Source: Iphione sp. A-MEVVRFRX5
Lineage: Eukaryota
NCBI GenBank assembly: GCA_976226885.1
Contig: OZ320323.1
Coordinates: 41,788,001 to 41,852,000 of the forward strand
Length of the DNA stretch: 64,000 nucleotides
Direction: 5' to 3'
Under the pieces are notes generated by a model. The model had not been told where the DNA came from and searched no databases. It saw only the letters and a program-made list of their open reading frames with translations. Each line of letters opens with the position of its first letter. The stretch's first letter is position 1. This document shows positions 39,076-51,096 of the stretch, one piece after another. Position numbers and translations under genes: made by a program.

Positions 39076-39602
39076 GGCCCGGTTTCCATATATGCGGCGA
39101 CGTGTGGTGCCATCCGGTGCGTTCCCATGCGGGAAACGCATCGATGGGGTGCTACGCCTGGTTTCTGCACAGCAACGCACAGGGGTGTCCAGTGACAACC
39201 AGTGTGGGCCAGTGTGGACCAGTGCGTTTTATGCCTGGAAAATACGAAAAACGGCAAAAAAAAGTGCCAAAAACTGGCAAATTCCATGCAAATTGTCCCC
39301 AAAAATGCTTATTTCATGCAAATTCGGCTAGAAACCGGCAAATTTAATGCAAAATCGGCCGAAAAACAGCTTATTTCATGCAAATTCGGCCGAAAACCGG
39401 CAAAAATGTGCGGAAAAATTTGAGAAAAAAACGCATTGTGTGGAAATGTGCGGTATCATCAGTCAAATTCAGTCAAAATGAAGAAATAGTAGTGCATTCC
39501 TGTTCGTTGCCGTCCGGGTGCGGCAAATTTATGGGAAGGGTTCGAAAACGGGCGCCGCACCCCAACGCACCCGGACGGCACTGCAGGTAAGGAAACCAGG
39601 CC
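39076..39602. mobile_element. PIF/Harbinger-like MITE
   Basis: TIR GGCC(C/T)GGTTTCC plus subterminal GTGCC(A/G)TCCGG(G)TGCGTT; TTA on both flanks; internal ATGCAAATTCGGC repeats. Confidence 0.75.
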
Positions 39603-41226
39603 TTATGAAGGTTCACAAAACGCGGGAGGTTCACTGTACCAGATGCTCTCCAGCCATTCCATTTCCCCATGGCGTTTAAGGATTGGATATCCACTGTGTT
39701 ACCAGATAAAAGGTACTGTAGTCGTGTACACTTCAGTTGTTATGACGGGTGGTATAAATTTGGTGGTTTGTACACATTTTACGGCGCGAAGATAACTGAA
39801 CATGATATAACTGAACATGAAAGACTATAATGAAAATCATCAGGTACTGATATCTAGTGAGTGATGCTGTGCATGTGTGTGGCATACACTTGACACATTG
39901 ATGTACCATGAGGCGCATGTTTCTCCCAATGTTATCGATTTAGCTTCGCTGTTTTCTTTTACGAAAAAGTGAGAACAAAATACTGACCTCTGTGTTCTAC
40001 ATGTTACTCAAATCTTCTTGTAATCCAAAAACGTGCGGGCGAAAAGGCTAAAATTTTATTAAGGATGGCCATTTCCAATCTGTTGCCCTAGAGATCTGGA
40101 CGACAAAAGGTGGTTATAGTCTGTGTTTGCACTCATGTGTGGGGTGGTCCATGACACATTGGTGGCACTTATGACTGGTGGAGTAATTGCTCTTGACAAC
40201 ACTGCACTTCGCAAAAGAATACACTAAATTCAAAGAAGTGATTCTCCGTGAGCGCCACCTTGGTTATCACGTACAGGAAATTCTGGTCGCCACCTGGCTA
40301 ACCGACAGAAAGGCAGCCGCTGTTTGGGAGTTCCCCTATAGAGGGCAGTACTGGATTCACACAGAGGCCGACTGGGCCCTTTTGTTAATTAAACCTGCAA
40401 AAAACGCTTTGGTTTATGGTCACCACAAATCAAGATGGCTGATATTAAGCAAGGCACTGTACACGGACCAAGAAATACAAACATACGTCTTTTCAGAGAG
40501 AGCCTGAAAGGCCATACAAACATGTTTCAGCCAAACAGGCTCTTGGGGATCATTTTTAATGTCCTCACAGGATGGCTGACCAGAGCATGTCAACATGGTT
40601 TTGGAATGTACAATTTTTAAGTTTTAATTTCACAAGCATATCTTCTACATAATAAAAGGTCTCCAAGGGAAAGTGCTAGTTCATCGAAAAATGAATCATG
40701 AGAAAGTAACTGAACTGCTAAAAGTATTCTTATGTAATTGATACCTAATTTTATATATAATTTTATATGTAGAATATAGGTAACTGTTTATGCGGACCTA
40801 GGTGATGATATCACCAGTATTGTAAAGGTGGCCATATTTTAACATTCTATTTAGTAGATATAACACCACTGACAGGACACCTCTTAAGGTTAGTTTTTAT
40901 TTCTCTGTGTTGTATTACACGGTGATGATGCAATAAGAAGTTGTACCTGGGTACAGTCCAAAGAAAATGAAAAGAAATTATTTATGCACTGAGTTTGTCC
41001 AGTTACCATGGAAGTGATAAAGTTTGATTATACCAAAAAGTAAGCTCAGTTAAACCCTTAACCTATTATATGATATGTAAATATATGTCGGTGTGTGTGT
41101 TTACAAAGGCACCTTGAAAATGGTATATGTATTATGCGTGCTTACTTAAGCATGTGTATCAGTTTTTATGACTTTTTCCCTTCACAGTGTTTATTGATGA
41201 TTTACCCTAGATGTTTGCTGTGTTGA

Positions 41227-41400
41227 CAGTGTCCCCTCTGAATGCGACCATCTCTCTAATCAGACCATCTCCAGACCACAACCAATTTTTAAAGAACAAA
41301 GTCCTCTACATGCACATACCCCTCTCTAATAGGACCCATCCAAATTACGACCATTTGAGTTCAGAACAGACAGTGGTCATATAAGTGAGATTCAACATGT
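41227..41400. mobile_element. Decayed Tc1/mariner-type MITE
   Basis: CAGTG..CCTCT..ATGCGACCA start, GTGGTCATATAAGTGAGATTC end; similar size and motifs to the other copies. Confidence 0.4.
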
Positions 41401-42153
41401 TGTATCATGGAGGTCAGCATTTGCAGTCATTGATAATGTATACACACTAAGAACGTGCACACCTACTTCTAATAGGGTGGCATGACCTATTGCTTACATG
41501 TTTAGCCCCCCCCCCCCGAAAAAAAAAATAAATAGTAGGTGTGTTTCTGGTTACAACTGTAGTATATCCCGGATAACGTTGGAACTCTTCTGTATACCTT
41601 CAGCAATAAAGCTGCTTCCTGTTTATCACCAGATGGAGTCATGACTGTTCCTTCACTCACTCTCTAAATAATCAACAAATATACAACAACAACCAGCCAA
41701 AAACCTAGGTAGGCAGTGGGTATCTTTTTAAAAAATGGATTTTTTCTTTTTCTGCTGAATTTACAAACAGACCTAATATCAACAGCATAGCATTAAGTGC
41801 ATTACAGAATTGTAACTTGATGTTTTTTCTGATAAGTAAAGATCATAATTGCCTTTAATAGTCGAAGGAGAACCCCCATTGACTATTACAAGTGGGAGAT
41901 GATTTAGTGCTAGTACTCGTATTCCCCACCAACACAGCAATAAGGCATATATAAGCAATACACAAAGGCAATTTATTCAAGAATAACAATGTATTTGGAC
42001 GGAAAGAGGAACATGAAATACATATGCTCCACAGGGCAGTGAATGCTGGCCTGTAACCTGATAAGGCAAATACTATTAAACATCACAATGCGCCTAGACC
42101 TTGCTCTGGGCTACATCTAGGGGACATTCTACCAAACCAAAGAACAAAGCGAC

Positions 42154-43275
42154 TCAGTCACACTCTTTAGATACGGTTGAACTAGCAAACCTCTCTGCTG
42201 CCTTCTTTGAGGCTATGGTCTGGGAAGTATAGGTAAGGTATGAAGGGATAGTCTTCCAGGTACCCTGTGCCATAATTTCCGACATCGGGGCCCCAAGATC
42301 CTGGAGGGTTGTTGCACCCCCCCTGCGAAAACTGTGGAGTGTGAAATCAGCCGGGGGGAGCCCAAGATTCTTTACAACTATTTTCAGTATTTTAGAAACA
42401 CGAGAGACAGTAAGGGGAAGGGAGAAAATCGGATCTACGAAGAGTGGCTGAGTCGTAGAGAAGGTAGGAGAGATAGCCAACATCGCTCTCATAGCTTTCA
42501 CAGGGCATAATTGAGAATGTTGAATGCGAGGTACAATGAGTTTTGCAGGCTCATTCTTCGTTATTGTTTTAGACCATTTAATGGATATGGTGATATCAGC
42601 ATCTCGTACAACGACATCCCCCCTTGTAACCTGCTTACTGTGGTCAAACGCCAACACTGATTTCGCTAGGAGGTTTGATTGCCTCAGGAGGCTATAAAAC
42701 ATAAATAGGAATAACGCCTTTACCACGATTCCCATCGACCTCAAGTGGTCGAGGAATTGCACAATTGCCATTAAATGTGGCTTGGTAATTGGGCTTTTCC
42801 TTTCTATCAGATGGTCAGAACACTTCTCCACAGCCTTCAAGGCAGTGGTAACCTTGTGTGATGTGAATACACTAACATCTGCACCTAATGCCATCCATAC
42901 CTGCCTAACAGCCGTAAGGTGCTGGGATACAACTCTTGGGGAGTAGAACAGCACCAAATATTCAACGTACATGAGGACTTGCTCATCTGTAATACCATTC
43001 AAGTCCATGTCGTAGTTCTGCATGAAGTCCAGGAACAGTGATGCCATCCGAATCCTCGACGAAAATGTTGCTGAGGTAACCGCTTGGCGTTGCCTTGTGG
43101 CGGCCGACCTTGCTAACTGCTGTAGTCTCGGGTCTGTAAATTTAGAATGCGAGTATTTTCTCAATTTGAGAGGTAGAGGGGGTACATTGTCTACGATAAG
43201 GGTTGCTAGACAAAAACCTTTTAACAATAGCCATGTATTTGGGAGAGAGACTCCTCCTAGACAATGCGTCTGCAT
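42154..43275 (-). CDS. Tyrosine recombinase
   Basis: LLRQSNLL (R), IKWSKT (K), LHSFRRGGAT (HxxR), QGTW and SYLTY (Tyr); overlaps the end of RNase H in another frame. Confidence 0.95.
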   Translation of the reverse strand: MQTHCLGGVSLPNTWLLLKGFCLATLIVDNVPPLPLKLRKYSHSKFTDPRLQQLARSAATRQRQAVTSATFSSRIRMASLFLDFMQNYDMDLNGITDEQVLMYVEYLVLFYSPRVVSQHLTAVRQVWMALGADVSVFTSHKVTTALKAVEKCSDHLIERKSPITKPHLMAIVQFLDHLRSMGIVVKALFLFMFYSLLRQSNLLAKSVLAFDHSKQVTRGDVVVRDADITISIKWSKTITKNEPAKLIVPRIQHSQLCPVKAMRAMLAISPTFSTTQPLFVDPIFSLPLTVSRVSKILKIVVKNLGLPPADFTLHSFRRGGATTLQDLGAPMSEIMAQGTWKTIPSYLTYTSQTIASKKAAERFASSTVSKECD

Positions 43276-45145
43276 ATATCAGATGCTTCCCTGGTATGTG
43301 GGAGTATTGAATTTCAATATCACAATTAGCCTGGTGATACCATAGGCTCCTGGCTATAGCGAGTAGAACTGTATTTCGTGCTCGGCCACTTAAAAAAGTT
43401 TCAACGGTTACCATATTGTCACAATACACCTTGACCACTCCTCCCCTGGGCACTTTCTTCATAAACACTCTCACTGCTAGGGCCAAATTGGCCGCTTCGA
43501 GCAAATTAATATGAAAACCATGCCATTGTTGTGGAATGTTAATAGCATAATATGAATCCTCGTAATAAGCACCTATGCCTTCGGTACACGCGTCACAATA
43601 TATTGTCATAAATACCCTGTTTCGCTTCATAATCGCAACACCGTTGGCCCTGGAGAGAAAACGAACAAACCAATTCAAATCTGCCGCTGCTAGGGGTGAA
43701 ACTGTGAACAAATTAGCTTTGGATGCTACCTGGGCTCTATATTCATACAATAGACGCCCCACGAATAATCGTGCAGGTTTGGTTGTCTTAGACACAAAAT
43801 TGATCAACCCTAACAAGGAATTTACCTGCCTGAACGGTATTCTCTCTTTATTCAAGGCCAGATGTACGTGGCTCAGGGCCTTATTAATTTTCTCGGTGGG
43901 AATCGACATAGTGAAATCTACACAGTCAAATTTGACCCCTAACCAAATAAGACATTTGGTTGGGGGGATACACTTTTGAGTAGCAATGCATAGGCCCAGG
44001 CTATTGATTAAATCACAGGAATATTGAAATGCCCTATTGGCATACGGGAGATCGTCAGCTACAAGAATATAATCATCCAAATATGGCAATGCATATAATT
44101 TACAGAATTTTGTACAAATCACATACAATATACATTCTGAAATAACCTGCAACAGTAATGAACTATATCTCGTGCCGAATGGAAGACGGCAATCAAAGAA
44201 AAATGAACCGTTATGTTGTATACCCAAGAGGGGCCAATGTAGTGGATCCACAACAAAGTTTCGGTACGCTCGAGAGAGATCCAGTGCAAACATATAAGGG
44301 TCAGAAAACTGGGATAGGGCTTTTGACAACATCTCAGTAGTAGGTAACATTAAATTAACTGGAGTATCATAATATGAGTGGGGAGGTATGTAAGAATTTA
44401 CGAGGCTGTAGGATAAATCCACAATTATCCTCCTTTCAGACGGGTCACTCTTGGGCCTGGAGGTGACCGGACTAATGGTGAATGAACTGAATGGGGGCGA
44501 AGTGAAGGGGCCCATCAGGGCGCCCAGGGACAATTCTTTATGAATGTACTTTTCCAGGTGAGTAACATGTGCAGTATCGTATGGGTATGGGGTATAATCT
44601 TCTGGTAAAGATGGTATGGAGGGACTCTGATAACCCAGGGGGAAGCCAAAAGTGAGGTAATCCATTATAATACCGGTGTGGGGGATACCAGATAACAATT
44701 TCTGCCATTGTGGGAGAATCAATTGGGAGGGTACAGGTATACGAGCCTCAATAAAATTGAATCGACCTGTGGATCGTACATGGTCATATATACATTTAAG
44801 GTCCGGGGTTAGTAGCTCGTTTGATACCGGCCATTGGACGAGCCTTCCTGGAGTATGTAAGTCAATCGTTGGGGGAACTGTTGAGAGGTAACATAGATTA
44901 TTGAGGCCAGGGTGCTGCTGTGTGCTGGGGGTAATATACTCGGCCTTCCAGATGTCGTCTTGATATATCGTGCAGTTTACCACTCCAGTTCCCTCTGCTT
45001 CTTGGGGGGCTGCTGCTGGTCCTGCGTCTTCTGCCACGTGGTGCCCTGCTGAGAACTCAATCGTTTCTTGGTTCTGCATGTGTCTGGCTTGTGCTCCAGC
45101 ACCTTTGCATTCACATAGAAGCAGATAGGACATGCATGAATACAA
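43142..45145 (-). CDS. Reverse transcriptase / RNase H (true start uncertain, overlaps gag)
   Basis: YLTFGFPLGY, SPVTSRPK..RRIIVDLS, LDLSRAYR, LPFG, YLDD, WLG; RNase H YCDAC, NLLEA, YCDN, IPGKHLIYADALSR; no stops. Confidence 0.95.
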   Translation of the reverse strand: MYSCMSYLLLCECKGAGAQARHMQNQETIEFSAGHHVAEDAGPAAAPQEAEGTGVVNCTIYQDDIWKAEYITPSTQQHPGLNNLCYLSTVPPTIDLHTPGRLVQWPVSNELLTPDLKCIYDHVRSTGRFNFIEARIPVPSQLILPQWQKLLSGIPHTGIIMDYLTFGFPLGYQSPSIPSLPEDYTPYPYDTAHVTHLEKYIHKELSLGALMGPFTSPPFSSFTISPVTSRPKSDPSERRIIVDLSYSLVNSYIPPHSYYDTPVNLMLPTTEMLSKALSQFSDPYMFALDLSRAYRNFVVDPLHWPLLGIQHNGSFFFDCRLPFGTRYSSLLLQVISECILYVICTKFCKLYALPYLDDYILVADDLPYANRAFQYSCDLINSLGLCIATQKCIPPTKCLIWLGVKFDCVDFTMSIPTEKINKALSHVHLALNKERIPFRQVNSLLGLINFVSKTTKPARLFVGRLLYEYRAQVASKANLFTVSPLAAADLNWFVRFLSRANGVAIMKRNRVFMTIYCDACTEGIGAYYEDSYYAINIPQQWHGFHINLLEAANLALAVRVFMKKVPRGGVVKVYCDNMVTVETFLSGRARNTVLLAIARSLWYHQANCDIEIQYSHIPGKHLIYADALSRRSLSPKYMAIVKRFLSSNPYRRQCTPSTSQIEKILAF

Positions 45146-45944
45146 CTGAGAGATCCACAGTCATGTGGTGATTGTATTTTACACTTGTTTGTACACCAGT
45201 CTGGGCAAATTACAATATTGTCTCTGTGCTTCCCTGCGCCATGCGAATGAAAATAAGCATTAAATGCCCTTGATTTCAACTGCTGTATGCCATAGTTATC
45301 TTCGAGTGATAACCTAGAAAAGTTCACAGATTCCCACAGCTCCCCCACCCAATCGGATAGGGGCTGCCATGGTAGGTGGTGGGCCTCTGCCGAGAGGTCT
45401 TTCATGTGATCAATCAATGCTAGTTTGTCGATCATCTCTGGTGCCTTCTCGTCAGTCAACATATGCATACAGCCATTTAGATATTGAAATGCACTGAGTG
45501 TAGCTAAATCAGGTTTTTCAGTCCCTTTCTTATATACATAAACAGCAGGGGAAAACCTATTCCTCCTACCTTTGTTGGCGAGTGTGTCTGGATATGCGCT
45601 TTCAATAATTTCTCTCATGGTCCCTCTGGCCAGTCCTCGTAGCTCTTCTGGTGAAGGGAATGAATGCTGAACGACAGAGTCACTGTCGTTTTCCTGTTCG
45701 TTGTCGCTGGGGGGGTCGAGTCTGTACCGGTGTCTTGACCGCTGCTACCGCCGGTTGCACCTGCTTGACCACCCTTTTTTGTCTGAGACCTGGTCAACAT
45801 GGTGAGAATGCTGGTCTGTTTCGTGTCCTTCTTCCTCTTGGTGTCCTTCTCAATTTTGTCTAATCGAGAATTCATCTTTTTCATGTCTGAGGCCAAGTCT
45901 TTGAATGCCCCTGACAAATCATTGATTTTATCCTCAGAGGCTAT
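44977..45944 (-). pseudogene. gag-like ORF, split by a frameshift near 45709-45715
   Basis: Coiled-coil-like N-terminus (LASDMKKMNSRLDKIEK); C-terminal Cys/His cluster CPDWCTNKC...H.C...CIHACPIC...H...C; the two track ORFs join into one reading by a 1-nt change in a C7 run. Confidence 0.75.
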
Positions 45945-46648
45945 GCTCGGTGCGTGCTAACCAGTCGACCGCGCGACAACAAAGTGGCTAGCGTCTATAA
46001 TTAACTCTACTCATCAGACAGCACCGCCACCTTCTGTATTACCCCGGAATACATTATTACCGCCCTCTAGCAGTAATCGTACAATGTGACAAATATTACC
46101 AAGGAGGACAAAATTGACACTTTTCATTGTTGATGCAATTAGCACAAAAAACACAGAATATGTACGCAAATGATTCATCATATTGAACCAGTAGGCTACT
46201 TTTCAAAACCTGCCCATGGCATTATATTTTTCATACATTTCCATAATCCCGGTGATACAGTAACTGCTTCGCTGAAAGTAGCAAACTCTCACTTTATTTG
46301 CAACAGACTTTTTTATTCAACAATGCAAGCGTAGTAATATTGTTTTCACACATTTTAAAACATATGTAGAGAAAAAATATCTCGAGATAAACGAAACAAT
46401 TCAAGATTCAAAAGAATTTTTTTTCTCTAAACATCGCCCCATTAGAGCGTTTTCATGTTACAGAGAATCAGGTTCAAGTTTTCACATACAGTATTACAAT
46501 ATGTTAACAATACAATAATAATTTCATAACTAAATCTTTTAGTGTATAAATAGAATAATAGAAAGTATCTTTGCTGACACGTCACGGAAACAGACATATG
46601 CCAGACATTGACGATTTAGAAATGAACACTGTGTATATTAAGACCTAA

Positions 46649-47994
46649 GGCCTAAAAAAAGGTTCTATTAGGTAACAGGCTGAAAAAATGTAGGGTCAGT
46701 CAGTAGGTGGTAATTATTTTTATTTTCAATTTTTTGGTGGTGTGAATTAGTACACAAAGTAACAAATGAAGATGTGTGATCAGTTCTTCTGCTTCAATTC
46801 TAATGAAATATATATCCAATGAAAGCTAATAATGTAAGCAACAAAATAGTGTACAGTACAGGCCCATAGCCAGGAGGGTTTTTTGGGGGTATCTGAAATT
46901 AGAGATGCCAAACTTCTGGTTAAAGAGGTGGAACTCATGGATAGACAGGTGGAACTCATGGTGAGGAATCAACATATTTCCTCACATCTCTTCACATTTC
47001 CTCACTTTTCTTGACTTCTTTTCATCAGTTTCACTGTTTTTGCACTGAATTTGCACAAATCTTTCCATGTGAAGGAGTTTGGTCTCACCCCGCAACAAAT
47101 GTCTTTCAAAATACTATGAAGTTACACTTCGTTGTTGGTTTATTGAAACTGAAACCTCAGGGTTTGAGTCGCAAATGTTCTGACTCAGAACCAAGAAAAG
47201 GTCGGGCTCGTGACAATCTGCAGAAATCATTACTGGAGTCGGAAGAATTCTGACCCGAGACGTTAAAGCTGATGTTCCTAAAGCTGAAAGGTGTTAATTG
47301 TTGCTAAAAATAGTTGATTGGTTTCATCACATAGCCACCCTTAGGGCCAAACTATGCATATAAGGGACTTATTTTCGGAATAAACAGGTTAGTCTCTCAC
47401 TGCACTTAAGATTGACAACATTAAACACAAATTTTGTGTGGACATTTTTTATTACACAAGCGCCTTCGCCCCCCCCCACATACACACAGAGCGAAGTTTA
47501 TAACCCTCAGTGGGGGGGGGGGGGGGGTCACATGTGCCTGCCTGTGGTCAAAGTCCATCTGATTACCAATGTGTCTCCTCTCTCTGGTGCAAGGATACTG
47601 TTACATAACCCTCGGTTCTGCTTGACTGAACAGAGTGGGTAGGAATACACCTCTGTGTGGAGAAAATAGGGCCACACATGTCAGCTCCCATGGCCGGACT
47701 ACTTTCAGGCCACGTTTTATATAGGTAGTGTAACAAACCATCATTCATCCAAGATTATGAGACACATTCACATGTTTTGGCAGAATTTGTATGTATTATA
47801 GTCTTGGTGGAATTGATGGGTCTTGTGGGGGGTATCAGACGATACCTCTGATACCCCCTTGGCTACGGGCCTGTAGTATGTATCTCTATCATTATTCATT
47901 CCAGAGATACAAAAGACGAATCAAGTAAAATGTTTCTATTGGCTCTAATGTAATGGTCGTGTTACCAGAAACACAGAACTTTTTTTATTGGGCC
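46649..47994. mobile_element. Nested MITE stack: 33788-family MITE split by a CAGGCCC-ended element (46859-47873) that itself contains the 47456-47732 repeat
   Basis: 46649-46858 and 47874-47994 join into one copy alignable with 33788-34106; inner TIR CAGGCCCATAGCCAGG versus CTTGGCTACGGGCCTG. Confidence 0.65.
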
Positions 47995-48648
47995 CAAGTG
48001 ATTGGCTGTAATCAGGACAAAAAAGTATGTGCAAGGATCTTCAATAATATTTTTAGCAGGCCAGTGTACAAGGCTTTCCTTTGTGTTATGGGACCAAGGT
48101 GGATCTGGACTTCACAAATTCAGGTAGTGCAAATTGAATGAATATTAACTATCACCCTAGTCAAGATGGAGCAAAGCCTCTGGCCTTTTCCCCTTTTGAT
48201 CTGGTCACCCTTTTCAGGGAATACATTCTTTCATTCATTCTTTATGGTGCTTCTTTTCCATTGTTTTTTTCTTTCTGAAATGATGCAGCATTTTAAAGCC
48301 CTGTCGTTTGAAGAGGTTTAACTGATCAATATTGACAACACCATGAATAAATCACTCACCACATAAATTTGTGAACTATATATACTGCAACTCAAAGTAC
48401 CTGCAATACCTAATATGCACATTTTTCTGTGACAGCGTTTTTACATGAAAAAATCAACTCTCATGTGGACATCATCCCACCCTAGATAAGCATAATATTA
48501 ACAATCAATATGCAGTGCTTTCTTCAAACCTACATTGTTTAATATGCATGATATAAAATAAATCATGAACAAATATTTTTACATTAGATCTTGCACGGAC
48601 ATTGTTTAAAGTGTGCAGACTGTAAGTGATTCCTATGGTCTGTAATTA

Positions 48649-48823
48649 CAGTGGAGACCCTATTTGTGACTACATCAATTTGCGAGCATTCTCTACTTGT
48701 GATCACGTGAGGTCGGAACCAAAATCTTGATATCTACATGTATACAGTTCATCTATTTGCAACCAAATTTGCCAATGCGACCATATGAGAACAGAGTGGT
48801 GGTCACAAATAGGGTTTCAACTG
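48649..48823. mobile_element. Tc1/mariner-type MITE
   Basis: CAGTGGAGACCCTATTTGTGAC versus GTCACAAATAGGGTTTCAACTG; TA on the left. Confidence 0.72.
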
Positions 48824-49983
48824 TTGTTATGCTGCTTCAATTAGAAAAGCACAAAGTTTATATGAAAGGTAAAGACATTAGAAATGAAATGATATACAGC
48901 ATCATATTTACATATTCTCTAGTAGCAAGAGTCAAATCCAACATTATTTCAATGAAATGGATTAATAAAGAAGGTAGCTCATTTAAACAAGGGTGAGATG
49001 AAATAGAATATTCTTAAAGCTTCCTAGCCTGTGAGCTGTGGGATCATCTTCCATACTTCCAAGTGAGCTCATATAATGGTTAATTGTCCTTTGTGTAACA
49101 GAACCAAATACATTTGACACCATATCACATTATATGTTAGCGTTTCTTCAAATAATACTGTGGTGCACGTGCGGGGATATCTGAGTAAAGAGTGTGCGAG
49201 CATGGTTGTGTGAACAAGTGAGGCATGCGGTGGTGGTTGTGCAAGAGCATCTGTGCGTAAGAGCTCCTCAGTATGTTTATATAAGGGTGAGCAGGAGATG
49301 GGGGGCAGCTCAGTCTGACTTTGATTCCTTGGAAAAACATCAATCAATTCTTACCTCTGCGTTCCCATGTCATGAGTTTAAGAAGCAGTAGACAGCGCAA
49401 CAATACAATAAACATGTCAATATCAAGAAAATTTCCCGTACCAGTAAAGAAATATTCCTTAGAATCAAGACTTCATCCTAAAGGATATTTTTTGTCAATT
49501 TCGTTGTGATTCATTATTAAATACAGACTGCCTTGTCCATCTTAGCCCCACATGTAGCCAAGGGTCAAATTTTCTTGGCTGCAGGTGGGAATCATATAGA
49601 AAGGGTCCAGCTGTGACCCAGCATTCAGCGCTGGCTGGGTGGCACTTACCTAGGTTTTACACTACACATAAAACGGCACATGAAAGTAGTATGGTGCTTG
49701 ATGGCATTCAATCAATGCGGCCTCATTGGGGTTTATACTCAAGTAAGCTACCTTTCGTGCTTGCATATGTTGTTTGCTGGGTGAGGAAAAGAAGAGGTAG
49801 GATAGGAAATCCTTGTGATGACGGCCATTCCGTAGCTTGAACCTAAGGGTTTTAATAAATCTTAATTTTTCAACAATTATATGATATCCTCTCACTAACC
49901 AAAAGTAAACAAATCTCTGCCTTCATTGTAGGACATAACCAGCGCAAATGCCTCCTGTGACATTATGGGGAGGACCTTCCCTG

Positions 49984-49987
<4 letters not shown>

Positions 49988-50067
<80 letters not shown>
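49988..50067. repeat. (AG)n microsatellite
   Basis: Read directly from the sequence. Confidence 0.95.
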
Positions 50068-50068
<1 letters not shown>

Positions 50069-50876
50069 ATGTGTGCATGCATAAGTTTTCAGTAAAAAAC
50101 CATGATACACTTTAATTGTGTTATGACTGTTACCGTACTAAAATGTTCTCCCTCTACTGTAAAGATCCAGTGCAAGCAGTGAAGGCGCTTGTCTCTTATA
50201 TTGATTTTATGCAGCAACATGTGTAGGGTGGTTTAGTGAGAAGAAATCCTAATCACATGCACCTAACCTGTTTCGTGGTCCAAAACTGAGGGGTAAGCAG
50301 TAATTTGATCAAAAAGCCTCATTATTTCCTTGTAATGATTTTTTTTAATTTGCAGTCTAGTAGATAAGACCTTGCTCTTTAATACAAAGTTTGAACAGTG
50401 AGAATATTGTATAATATAAAAGGAGTATACCATAAGCCTGATTTTTCCTGTTTAATTTGATGTATAGCATATGTAATAGCCCCCTATGTATGAATTAGGT
50501 ATGAGAAAAATTGAGTAAAATTAGCTTCCCCCATCTCCTCATATATTATATTCATATTCACCGCTTCTTTTGTAATGTAAGCCTATAATATAGTTAGTGA
50601 TAAATGTTGCCAGTGAATTTGGGATATCTGAAAAACTTTATGTATGAAGTTTCATAATTCAGTTAAATGCTTTGGAAAATCTGTCATGGTACCGGTAGGT
50701 ACCACATTTAAGTACTGGTAAGTTGTTTGTCTTGTTCCTATGAGAGAAGACTTCATCCAATTTTTCCCTTTTCATGGACTGAATTCTCTTATAAAATTCA
50801 ACAACCACTTGTACAGTTTCAAAAATTCAAAAAGAAAAATGAAGGAAAGGGTCTGGCGCTGCATCTACTAGGTACA

Positions 50877-51096
50877 CAGGGGGGATCAGGGGGTACCCAA
50901 TAGCGTATCACCAAGAATTCTGACCATCTGTAACGCTTAAAGAAATGGTAAAAAACGCTTCACGTGGAATTAATTCTTTGATAGCGCTTCACCAGGATAT
51001 GCCTTATAACGCTTCGCCTATTTGGAAGGGTAAATAACGTTTTGCATGGAATTAAAATCATCAATAACGCTTCACCAAAATAGTTGATACCCCCTG
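50877..51096. mobile_element. MITE with CAGGGGG(G/T)ATCA ends
   Basis: CAGGGGGGATCA versus TGATACCCCCTG; internal AACGCTTCA repeats also seen near 22920. Confidence 0.55.

Larger units (their letters stand above)
41860..46090 (-). mobile_element. Tyrosine-recombinase retrotransposon (DIRS order, Ngaro/PAT-like); ends approximate
   Basis: Overlapping gag, RT/RNase H and tyrosine recombinase ORFs in DIRS order; no DDE integrase, no protease, no Dam-like methyltransferase after RNase H. Confidence 0.93.

Noticed and set aside
41585-41665. Minus-strand exon-like piece MTPSGDKQEAALLLK
   Set aside because: No phase-compatible downstream exon found
43142-45145. Reading the RT plus recombinase as a prokaryotic retron, DGR or prophage system
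   Set aside because: gag zinc knuckle, RNase H and the overlapping ORF layout are typical of DIRS-order retrotransposons in an intron-rich animal genome
48060-48123. Exon-like 64 nt reading RLSFVLWDQGGS, like the Arf G3 motif
   Set aside because: No P-loop or NKxD exon found in a compatible phase, and all three frames are open; probably chance
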